Shown one piece after another: positions 51,301 through 61,499 of a DNA stretch of 64,000 bases. Numbering within the stretch: the stretch's first letter is position 1; the number at the start of each line of letters is the position of its first letter. The position numbers and the translations under genes are program-made. Below the pieces are notes generated by a model that did no database searches, was not told where the DNA came from, and was given only the letters and a program-made list of their open reading frames with translations. The stretch lies in contig NW_024704743.1 of the NCBI RefSeq assembly GCF_018977255.1, positions 109,308,001 to 109,372,000 of the forward strand, given 5' to 3'. The DNA comes from Callorhinchus milii. Lineage: Eukaryota.

Positions 51301-54300
51301 TGCTCTCCTCTGCACTGCCTCTAGGGCCACAGCAGCTCCTAATTTTATGACGTTCAACACAATACGCAGTACCCTTGGTACAGCCTACCATGAACATTGT
51401 ACAGCTGGAACGTTAAAATGTTGCAATACAGCATTAGTCATATTTTTCTTTAGCAGATTGAAGTGTTCATAAAATATTTATTAGGGTTAATTTGGCTTAA
51501 AATGGTAATGCCAGCTGTACTTTTGCTTCCAGTTCTATTTTCATCAATTTATTTTGGACCATTTAACATTTCTATTGTTAAATGAATGGGGGAGGGGGCT
51601 AAGACTAACACTGAACAAAAAAAATTACACCAATTATAAAATTAGAAATGGAAAAGAGACAAGTGCTCCATTGGTGGTTCAACTGTATTAACTTGCAAGG
51701 AATTTGAGGTAATGCCTTTGTCACCTCTAGGCTGGACTACTCTAATGCCCTCCTTGATGGTCTCCCCTCCTCTACGATTCACAAAATTCAGCTCATTCAA
51801 AACTCCACCGCTCGCATTCTCACCAGCACCAAACTTCGTACCCCAATTACTCCATTCCTTGCCAAACTCCACTGACTCCCTGTCAGAGCGGATCGACTTC
51901 AAGATCCTCACTCTAGTGGTTAAATCCCTTCATTCCTTGGCACCGCCCTATCTCTTAACCTCCTCTCTCCCCACAGCAGTACCCGCTGCCTCTGCTCTAC
52001 TGGGTCTGGTCTCCTCCATGTCCCCCGAATCCTCTGCTCCACCATCAGAGGCCATGCCTTCAGCTACTACGCCCCGAAACTTCGGAACTCCCTTCCTCAA
52101 GCCCTTCGCCTCACCCCCTCCTTCCCTATCTTCAGGTCCCGCCTGAAGACCTTCCTCTTTGACTGCGTCTAGTCATGTTCCTCCTTCCCCTGGCTCAGCC
52201 TCGGGCACCGCCATTGTTAAGTGCTCTGAGACTCTGCCCGACGTGGAGGGTGCTATATAAATGCAAATAGTTGTTGGTGTAGTTGTAATGAATTGGTAAA
52301 AGTCTGGTTTAATAAACTCTTACAAAGCAAGTAATTTGGAAGTATTTAGACTTAATTCATATTGCTACCTTTTTTCTGCATAATATTGTACAAGTCAAGT
52401 TAACTTTGCAATATAGCCAAAAATACATTTGCATTTGCAGTTGTTTCAAAATTGTTTTAGAACTGCAGTTTGTATTCATTTAACACAAATATTCACTTAG
52501 GTAGCACTGCCGCTCAGCAGTTTAACAAAGTGCTGAAGATGGTTATTTGGATAATCCAGTGCTTTAGTTGAGTCCTGTTGTACAATATAAAAGCATGTCG
52601 CTTTAATGCCATAACTGGTTGGTTTGGATTATTTGGATAACAAAATGCCCACAAATTACAAGTATTCATAGTGTGGAATACTCCAAATGATCGTGAGGGG
52701 ATAAAACGAATCAATACCATCAATGACTTCAATGGTTACAGAATATAGAAAATTACAGAATGCTGCAGTGCAGTATAATGGGCAGAGTACATTTTAACTA
52801 CAGTATCTGCACATTAGCTGTAAACTGAAATTATAAAACATGACTGAGCAGCTGCAGCATCATCAAACTAACAGTATGCTAATTAATTCACGGAGGAGAG
52901 CTAAAGGTCAACTTTGTCAATCTTTTAACCTTTCCTCACTTTGGCACAGAACCACACAGTACATTAATTCAATTGCTGACCAGAACATCACATTCACTTG
53001 TATCATGCAATTCTGAAGAATAGTTTCACCCTGCAGCTAGTTGATAATTCATACAAATGAAAGTAAACAGTTCACATGTGAGTCAGCATTCTTCCATTAT
53101 GAATGCATGACATCCATTTGTTCACAAAAAATGCACTTTACAGTATATTCTGAAGCTTTTTGAGGCGTCTCAAAGACGTGATAAGACACCAAACCAAATA
53201 ATAATAATAATCCTTGCATTTGATATAGCGCTTTTCACGTCGGGAGGACGTCCCAAAGCGCTTCACAGAACACACTGTAAAGTGAATTGACTGTATATTT
53301 GTGGGCGAACGCGGCAGCCAATTGGTTATTATTTTATTTGCAACACGTATTAGTGAACTCCTGAAGCAGACTAGGCGAGTGCATAGAAGCAATTTCTTTA
53401 GTACCTGAAAACAATTATAAAATAGTAATGCATTCGCTACACTCTTTAATTCTCCAAATACCCCCAAAATAACACAATTTAGTTAAAATATACATAAATA
53501 ATTTCAAAGTTTTCCTGCTGAGTTCATCCATCTTCTCAATGGTTGAGAAAATGTTTCATCCCAAAATGCAAGCATTGGCCTGAACAGAAGCAGCTGAGAA
53601 GCTCTTCTCTGGGGGCTGAGCTGCCAGTTCTCAGACATTTCTTCCCTGCATCCCATAGCAAAGACTGAACAAGAAGCTCTCAGCTTCAATCAAGAATAAG
53701 CAAATTTAACAACAACAAATTACAATAAGTCTTGAGATGAGCCTTGAAGGAGGCAAGAGATGAACGGAATGTTTATTTTTTTAATAAAATAGACCTAAAA
53801 CAACAAAATTAACGATAGAGCTGTGTAAATATTATGAGAACTCAATGATAAGGCCATTGTATAGTCTTGTCTTGAATTATTCCAATAAACCTCACAAAAA
53901 CCTCTCAAAAAGTGACTTTTAAATGTTTGCAGGCCAATCAGTACTTAACCAACTAAAATGTTTTCTTCAAAATGGATATTTTTTTTACTGTTCACACAGA
54001 ATTGAACACATTCATTAATTTACAAACTATACATGATGTTAAACACTACTTATTTAAACATAAAACACAGCCTAAAGTATTGTTTTAAACACCCATCTTC
54101 TATCCCTGACCCCAATATTTCTGCTTATATTAGGCCTTCTTGAACCCTTCTTGTGCATCTGTTCATTGCACTCTCTGTTTAATCTAAAATGACCTATCAT
54201 CCTCCAAATAATGTTACATTAATTATCCTACTGTCTGTTCCCTACCTATAAACGAAACATTTTAAATTAATCATTATTCCGTGTAACGTTACAAAAATAG

Positions 54301-57300
54301 TTACACCCTCATGGAAAACAGAGATTTAAGAACTAAAAAATGTATTCTTCAGTATTGTTTCCTTGGAGGAGAAACACACACACAGAAGCCAGGACTGTTA
54401 ACTGAAATCAGAGGTAGAAAGGGCCCTCACAACCTTGCCTTCCAATCGTTAACATGTCAAACTTATATAGACAGCAATCTGGACAGAAGTGTTCAATATT
54501 CGCTCTAGAAATGTAACAGGTTACAGAATTGGACCTCAGTGCTCAAGTGATAATTGTAAGGGCAATTTGGAGCTGAAGTATTCAACTCAGGAAATCCCAA
54601 TTACAATGCCAGCAAGCAATCCCCATTGATTGACAATGGGAGTGCATCTTTTGACTCAACATCCATGGGCTAAGGAGGGAAGAAAAAAATTAATTCTGCT
54701 CCTAACTGCAATCCAACAACTTTCCTGCTGGTTGTAAACAGGCAGAGAACAGTTGTAAACACGATTAGATATTTTACCCATCTCTAGTCACACTGCCTGC
54801 TAACGCTCACTATCCAGCTTCGCGTATGAATAACACGTCCATCGAGTGAGGTAACAGAACACCAAACACTCTGAAATTGTACCAAGCAAATGTCAATAGT
54901 ACCTTGGAGGAGAATTGGTGATGGGGGGGAACGGGACAACTCAATAAAGAGCTACAATATTTTATCTAGTTAACTAACAAATTCAGAGATTTACCTTTGA
55001 AATATCAGCCACATTAGAATGATTTTCAACTCAATAAAAGGTGTGAATCTTCTGAAACCTGTGGTTGATTGTGCTGGGGTTAATTAATGCAAGTTATGCT
55101 TAAAAAAATGCAAACCTTACCTCTTTACGTTTCTATTGAGGCTGGATCTATTCAAAAGTAAAAGATTAAAGGATATAGGAAGCCAGAGGAAAATACCGTT
55201 TCTAAAATGGGCCAAGCATTGACTGATGGTCCGAATGGACATTGAAACCGTCAAGACTTCATTGGGGTGTAAGAAAAATCATGCAGCATAAAAAACAGGA
55301 AATTCAAGGCTGACAAAAACAGATTGTACCTCGAAATTACACCTTGTAACATTTAAAACATTTAAAACTGAGATTTCATATTGCTCCTGAATGGCTTGCT
55401 GTTGGTCGGAGTTCATATGACCAAAACCACCGTACAAAGCAGGTTCAATGGATCTATCAGTGCCAAGCGAATGAGGGTTGCATACATGAAATGCTGCACA
55501 GATTATTAAAGATTAATTAATGATGATCATTTTGTGGTTTGCAAATAGATATCTCCAGCATGCTTTGTAAATGGACTCGTGGAGTCCTGTAGCTCAGTGG
55601 TTAGAGCACTCGCTTTGCAAGCGAGAGACCTGAGTTCAATTCCAGGCAGGGCGAAACCTTGGGCAAGTTTCCTTACTCCACACAACCTCATAATAATCCC
55701 TCCAAAACAAAAACAATAATAAATTGGTCATTTTCAATCTACGACTGTTTGTGGGACATTGCTGTGCGCAATTGGCTGCCGCGTTCGCCCACAAATATAC
55801 AGTCAATTCACTTTACAGTGTGTTCTGTGAAGCGCTTTGGGACGTTCTCTGGACGTGAAAAGCGCTATATCAAATGCAAGGATTATTATTATTATTAAAT
55901 ATTGTTATAGTATTCACAAATCATGCCAGTGACATTAGCTGAAAGTCATAAAATCAAAGCTTATTTAATAACTTTCTGCTAAGCAGACATTAGTGGGAGC
56001 AATTTTTATCTAAATAGTAATTCAAATACTTGAATGTTCACTAAGTGACAGATATTTTTAAAACATTGCTTAAACCCATAACAAATTTTAAGTTCCAGGA
56101 AAACAAACAAAGCAAGGGAAATTGTAATAGCTTCAAAAAGAGGCTTAGTTATATTAATATTTAATACAAACAGAAAATCCAGATGATGTTTTCCCTATTC
56201 CTGCAAAAAGAGTTCATCACATATGGAAGTTATGAATGCGCTTTGCTAATTTTAAGTTTGATTTTACACAAACTTATAAACCACAGAGCGCAAAGTAACA
56301 TGTTTTCGGACTTAAAAGGCTGATGCAATCTCCTCAGGTCTGTACAATCAGTGCCACCATTTTTGTATGAATAAATAGATGCATAGTGGACACTATTCCA
56401 TCACTCAAGCACACATCACGTTGATGGTCATGTCAGAACATTAATAGTCGTGCTAGATTGGGACTTGGGACTCAAGTCTTACATCCTAACTAAATGCTCA
56501 AATTCCATTCTTGTCATTTATGAAACCATCTCAGATTGCACCACAACACTGCAAAATCCTCCCTTAAAGGATTAATATTATTATATTGTAATATACTCCC
56601 GCGTAACCCTCCCCCATCATTCCAAAAGGCTTTTTATTCATTGTTAGAGGCTGTAAATGCACCAATCATGGTTTCATTGGGAGCTTGAACAAAAATTGAT
56701 ACTGTTTTGGTAAAGAAAAAGAACACTTACCAGTCCTGCACCTAAACATCTGCATTGCTATTATAATGACAAAAATATGATTGGTTAAAGCAATTTAAAA
56801 TGAACAAAAAGAAGGTACTGAAGCTTCTCACCCATTAAGGTTGCTAGAAGGCAGAGGGAAGACATTTCAAGATCAATGTGGTCCTGCATTTCCCTAACAA
56901 CATTTCGACCAGAAGCTTCAGGTTCGTCACTTTTCCAGGAATGGACTGCAGATGTAGAAGCAGCTAGTACAACTTCCTCCTTATTATCTTTCAGAATCTC
57001 CACAGAAACTCGATCACCATGCTGCAATGGCAAAGCCTCATTCTCCCGTCCCTCTTTAGGAGGATGAAGCTCCTTTGGAGGAAAGCCATAGCGTATGCAC
57101 TGTAAATGCAGAGGGAGGTTAAATTCTTTTGCAATGCTTTCTTGGAGTTCAGAAAACTTTACAGATGCTTGTAGGATCAGCGTTGCCTGCCTCCCATCAT
57201 TAGTGGTTACTCTGATTTTCTTTTCCTTGGTGGGTGATGGGGAGTAAGAAGATTTTGTGGGAGTGGCTGGGGCCGATGATGGACCATCTTTAATAATTCC

Positions 57301-59442
57301 AGGAGAAGATGGTTGGCTTGATCCTTTCTGTTCTTGTCGCAATTTGTCTGTTTTCCGCTTCTGCATAATAGCCGCGTGGTCAGTTATATTTTGCTGAATA
57401 CTTCGTTCTATTTTACTCATGGTCAACTCTTCTTTATGCAAGGTCTTTGATTTCTGACCCATTAAAATTATCTTGCTCGGCTGATGTGCATCTGCAGTTT
57501 GTTCATCTTGGAAGTCACTGATTCTACGACCGTGTGCCCCTTCAACAGTGACTGGAGTATAATCATCAGGATTCTTTTTGGCAGTGTGATGAAGTATGGT
57601 ATTAACAACTTTCTGAATCAGGATTTCACTTCCAAATTCACCGGGAAAATGCTTGGTGACCAGCTTCATTGCAACATCATAGACGTTGCTATTTAGGGGC
57701 AGTTCACTTTCATACTGAAACCAATAAACAGTTTCTCGCACCACCCTGCCATTCCATTCCAAAGTAATCGGGAAAGCTTCAGGTAGACTATCATATTCCT
57801 TCCCTTCCCAATAATGCTTGTAACCACAACCACATTTGCCTCCAGCAGATCTGGTGTTAGTTCGATCTCCATCTAAATAAACCACAGAACTGTCCCTTCT
57901 CACATGGCGCATGGAGGTACCATGACACCAGCTGCAGGATGTTAAATGGCTCAGACTATAGTCTGGAACTAATATATCCCTTTTAGAGTCAAATGAGCAC
58001 ACCAAATTGTTAATTGGAAAGCTGTAATTTTTGTCAGGCCTCAGTTGACCATGGGTGCTGGTAGCTAAATTGTATAACTTTCCTCCTGGACTTAACCATT
58101 CAGAAGGCACATGAAGCTCAGAAAGAGCACCACAAGTCAAACATCTGTGCAAGCGGTTTTCAAGCACAGCCTTCTTTGCACTTTCAGTAACCTCCTCTGG
58201 CTGTATTCCAATAACGCCTGTCCTTCTATAGACATACTGATGCATATCTGCTACCAGGGAAGGGTGAATGTCATGCTTCTTCAGGAAAACATCTTCCATT
58301 GCAGAAACTAGCCTCTGCAAGTACTTGTCCTGCAAACTACGGTCACCTCCAAGTAAACAACTCCCATCTTCAAACTGTATATATTTTCTAATAAGCTCTT
58401 GTGGGACACCCCAGGCTTTAGGCAACAGTTTCAAAGGAAGTCTAGGCAAAGGACCCCCTTTTATTCCAACCATAGGTATGTAATGGTTGCGTCCTGAACT
58501 GCTCCATGCAATGCATATAGGCTTATTAAACTGTCCATCCTTTCCCCTACAATTTTCTTCAACAACTAAACCAGGAAGAAAAGTAGCTGAGTAATCACCA
58601 CAGCTTCTCATTCCACTTAGTGAATCTAGCAAAATGACTGGCCGACGCAACACATTGGCCAACCCAAATATATGAATATTTCGTAGGCCTAAAGGTACTC
58701 CTTCAGGGGGGATGAACAAGGGGTCACACTCATTAATGATATCCTCCCATTCTGCTGCATCAATGAAATCATGGAATAACGCCTTGTAACGCTCCAAGTT
58801 CATTTTGAAATGCTGCTTGAGGTTTTCACGCAAAGCATGCCAGAAAAGCTCTCGGCCCACCAGAGCCCTGGAGACGGCATGAACCAAACAATGTCCATCG
58901 CCATCGACGTGGACAGGTATCAAGCATTCGTGATCGTCATTCGCCTTCTTGATCTCCTCCAATGTGTCGTGAAGGTACAACAGACTCCCTGAGCGATCCT
59001 TCCCGTATCCTACAGTCGCAATGTGCTCCGGCTCAATGAGGAAAGCCCTGTCGCCCAGCAAGGCGCAGTCAAATATCTCCCCTTGGTTCATCTCCCTTAG
59101 GAGTTTGGCCCTCCCGGTCTGCTTATCCATGCCATACCTGGTCAGGATGGGGGACAGCAGCTTGCAGTGGTAATTCGACAGCCCCATCACCTTCACCATC
59201 TCGGTGCCCTTCTTGGGAGCGGTGACTCCCAGCAGAGCATTCCTCAGCAGGTTGTGGAGCACCACGTCGGGGTCGGTGACTTCCTCCACACTGAGCAGGT
59301 TCCTTTGTTCGTGGCGCTGACCGCACTCGGTGCACTCGATACTGACTCCATAGGCTGGAAAAAACAGGCGAGCCTGGCATTTGGGATCCGGACACGTACC
59401 GGACAGAATACGTTTGTCTTTTTTCTTTGATCCCTGCAACAT
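38507..59442 (-). CDS. VCPIP1: Deubiquitinating protein VCPIP1 (VCIP135), complete spliced CDS: 3 exons, 3591 nt, 1196 aa
   Basis: OTU domain with DGDGHC catalytic Cys and GRNHY His, UBX-like YGFPP motif, C-terminus EPMDHS*; huge exon 1, 87-nt exon 2 and long exon 3 as in other vertebrates. Confidence 0.98.
41072..41168. mobile_element. Penelope-derived repeat remnant, internally deleted
   Basis: cagcaggtcaggcagcatct...cagatttccagcatctgcagtatttt; both parts match the 43400-43885 element in opposite orientation. Confidence 0.6.
41456..41615 (-). mobile_element. Truncated Deu-type SINE
   Basis: Tail + core. Confidence 0.87.
42008..42094 (-). CDS. VCPIP1: VCPIP1 exon 2 ([29 protein letters not shown])
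   Basis: cag|GT...G|gtaagt, 87 nt, phase 1-1; not captured by the ORF track. Confidence 0.96.
43400..43885. mobile_element. Penelope-derived repeat interrupted by a SINE (43526-43772, plus)
   Basis: aaatactgcacatgctgaaaatctgaaac ... ctgacgaagggt...acccaaaacgttgac...atagatgctgcctgacc; SINE head and tail lie between. Confidence 0.65.
43935..44045 (-). mobile_element. SINE 3' end
   Basis: Tail match. Confidence 0.85.
44280..44662 (+). mobile_element. L2 fragment, internally deleted
   Basis: [12 protein letters not shown]2 3' region. Confidence 0.8.
44680..44990 (+). mobile_element. Old CR1 3' fragment
   Basis: agagggagatctgattgaggt (RGDLIEV)...acaaggggacat. Confidence 0.65.
45380..46240 (+). 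mobile_element. L2 LINE fragment (RT C-terminal half)
   Basis: ORFs 45400..45669 and 45600..45998 ([21 protein letters not shown]). Confidence 0.9.
47017..47743 (+). mobile_element. Two tandem Deu-type SINEs (47017-47293 truncated; 47438-47743 full)
   Basis: Heads, cores and (TTA)n tails. Confidence 0.9.
48185..48710 (+). mobile_element. L2 3' fragment
   Basis: ORF 48186..48503 [15 protein letters not shown]; (TTG)n tail. Confidence 0.92.
49070..49240 (+). mobile_element. Truncated Deu-type SINE
   Basis: Core + tail. Confidence 0.88.
50140..50305 (+). mobile_element. Truncated Deu-type SINE
   Basis: Core + tail. Confidence 0.85.
50330..50887 (+). mobile_element. L2 3' fragment
   Basis: ctccactggctccccatcccccagaggatcgagttcaagatc; (TTG)n tail. 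Confidence 0.9.
51700..52280 (+). mobile_element. L2 3' fragment (second subfamily, like 4633-5240)
   Basis: [11 protein letters not shown]; gtggagggtgctatataaatgcaa tail. Confidence 0.88.
53135..53325. mobile_element. Tail-to-tail SINE ends (plus 53135-53190; minus 53198-53325)
   Basis: Tail matches. Confidence 0.82.
55580..55897 (+). mobile_element. Full-length tRNA-derived Deu-type SINE (best reference copy)
   Basis: A box TAGCTCAGTGG, anticodon arm CTCGC-TTTGCAA-GCGAG, B box GAGTTCAATTCC, core ctgtttgtgggacattgctgtgcgcaattggctgccgcg, L2-like tail + (TTA)n. Confidence 0.93.
56832..59442 (-). CDS. VCPIP1: VCPIP1 exon 1 coding part ([20 protein letters not shown]...LATLMG)
   Basis: First in-frame ATG at 59442 within ORF 56785..59613; donor ATGG|GTGAGA; 2611 nt. 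Confidence 0.95.
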
Positions 59443-59449
59443 CGTCTCA

Positions 59450-59626
59450 TTGGTTTCTCGGCGTCTTTTATACGTAAACCCCCCCCCCCCCGACCCGCCC
59501 TCCGCACCCCCACTCCTCGAAGCCCCCTCTCCTTTGACAAATTCGGTGAAATCGGTTGTCGCCGTCTCTCTCTCTCTCTCTCTCTGTGTTTTTTTGTGTG
59601 TGTGTACGGTCACGGCTCACGGTGTC

Positions 59627-59662
<36 letters not shown>

Positions 59663-60800
59663 CCGCCGCCTGCGGTCGGTGAGCGATGGTCCTGTCGAGA
59701 GCTGCGGAACACGGAAGTGCTTCTCTTCACTTTCCTTTTCTCCCCTTTCCCACTCCGGCAGTTTCCGTTATCGAACGAAACGAAACTGACCTCGTACCGC
59801 GGGCGGGAGGCAAACAGCCACCCAGCGAGAGAGAGAGAGAGAGGAGGCAGCAGCAGAGGGAGGGAGGGAGGGAGGGCCGACCCCCGGGGACGGAGGAGGA
59901 AGCGGAGGCGAGGCCTTCTACGCATGCGCCGCAGCGCTGGGAGTCGTAGTTCGGGATCGGAACCGGGCGCCGTTGGTCTCGCGGACCGAGCGAAGCCGCC
60001 GCCGGAGCGGGCGGGCGGGGCGGGGCGTGTGTCGTGTGGGGAGTCAAGAGGAGGAATGTGCGCCTGCGCCGCCGGAACGGCCGGTGTGTGTTTGTGTGCG
60101 GAGTGAGCGGGGACGTCCCTCTGCGCCTGCGCTGCCGGGCGGCCGCCGTTGGTCGCGCGATCTTTCGAACGGCGACTCCAGTGAACTCGCGCGCAGTTGA
60201 GCCGCCGGGAAGAGCGAGAGAGAGAGAAGAGAGAGAGAGAGAGGTGACGATAATGATAATCGTGTTTCTGACTTTTTTTTTGTGTGTGTGTGTATGTGTG
60301 TGTGTTGGCTCTCGCGCGTTAGTTCATTATTCTGGTCAAGTGTATTAAACCACAACTTTTGCTCTCTGTCTGTCCAGGTCCATTTCGCAGCGTTATGTTT
60401 CTCTCTGCCACCCTTCGGCCCAACCGTCGCCGTCGCCGCCGTCCCCCCTCCCATACCGCCCCGGCCCTGCCCCCCACCCCCGGCCCGCGCCCGCGCCCTC
60501 GTCAGCATTCAACCCGCCGGGATTATTGTCTCTTCGAAAGCACGTGAGTGGCGCACAGCGCGAGCCGTCGGGGTCAGGGTGGCGCACTGCGCGGGGACCG
60601 TTCCCGTGCGACGACGTCAGGGCGGTAACGGCGAGCTGCTCCCGGTTGCCATGGAGACAGCGGTGATGTGGCCGCCGTTTGATGACGTCGCGCGCAGCGT
60701 CGTCCTGCTCGACCTGGGAAGGTGACGACGGAGTGAGTAAAACGACGACAACTTGCACTTATGCAGCGCGCTTCAGGCCGGACGGCGCCTCGGAGCGATG
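59450..60800. promoter_or_regulatory. VCPIP1 CpG-island promoter, probably bidirectional
   Basis: CpG-rich. ETS CGGAAGTG 59712-59719; NRF1-like CGCATGCGC 59921-59929 and TGCGCCTGCGC near 60059 and 60122; ZNF143/SBS-type ACTACGACTCCCAGC near 59936-59950 (minus); E-box CACGTG 60541-60546; YAACGG MYB sites; X-box 60645-60658. Confidence 0.85.
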
Positions 60801-61218
60801 AGATATCGTTGGGCTCGTGTGTGTGTGTGTGTGTGTATGTGTTTTTTGGGGGTAAGGGCAAATGGTGGAGCAGGGGTGGGGTTCATGGCTCGGCGACAAA
60901 ACAAAAACGAAATCTTTTGGGCAAGTTCAGCAATAATACTGCAATAGTCTTTGCATCTAATATTGTGCCCCCGTTCTCCGGAACTCCATCTCAAGGGTCC
61001 CTGTGACTTGCCCCTTCCCGCGCCTTCGACAGCCATGTCAGGACCTTCCTCTTTGACCGTGCCTTCGCTCAGCTCCCCCGCCCGGCTCCCACCCCGAGGC
61101 TTTGGATGCAAAGCCTGTACCGTCCAGCGCAGCATGAACGGGACTACTTAAATTGGCTGTAACATTGAAATGTTTTCCCAAGTGCTTCGCAGGTAACACA
61201 ATTAAATTTATTGGCTGT

Positions 61219-61492
61219 GTAATAATAATAATAATCCTCGCATTTGATATAGCGCTTTTCACGTCTTCTCGACGTCTCAAAGCGCTTCACAGAATATGCT
61301 GTAAAGTGAATTGACTGTATATTTGTGGGCGAACGCGGCAGCCAATTGCGCACAGCAATGTCCCACAAACAGTCGTGGATTGAAAATTTATTATTGTTTT
61401 TGTTTTGGAGGGATTATTATCAGGCTGTGTGGAGTAAGGAAACTTGCCCAAGGTTTCGCCCTCTGCCTGGAATTGAACCCAGGTGTCTCGCT
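61219..61492 (-). mobile_element. Deu-type SINE, head truncated
   Basis: Tail, core, B box. Confidence 0.9.
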
Positions 61493-61499
61493 TCTATGG

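Noticed and set aside
54600..54900. Faintly similar segments at about 23600-23830, 39680-39870, 41020-41290 and 49840-50000
   Set aside because: Probably an ancient repeat family, but too diverged to delimit or classify by eye
55580..55655. tRNA-Ala(TGC)-like sequence (also about 24475-24550, 43526, 47438, 63520-63595)
   Set aside because: Always fused to the SINE core and tail, with a poor acceptor stem; these are SINE heads, not tRNA genes
59613..59613. ORF-track start of the 942-aa ORF
   Set aside because: GTG start in a low-complexity 5' UTR; homology begins after ATG 59442, and the ORF end past 56832 is intron
59381..60106. 241-aa plus-strand ORF and other overlapping ORFs in the CpG islands
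   Set aside because: GC-rich and microsatellite-derived, with no recognisable domain; stop codons are depleted by composition
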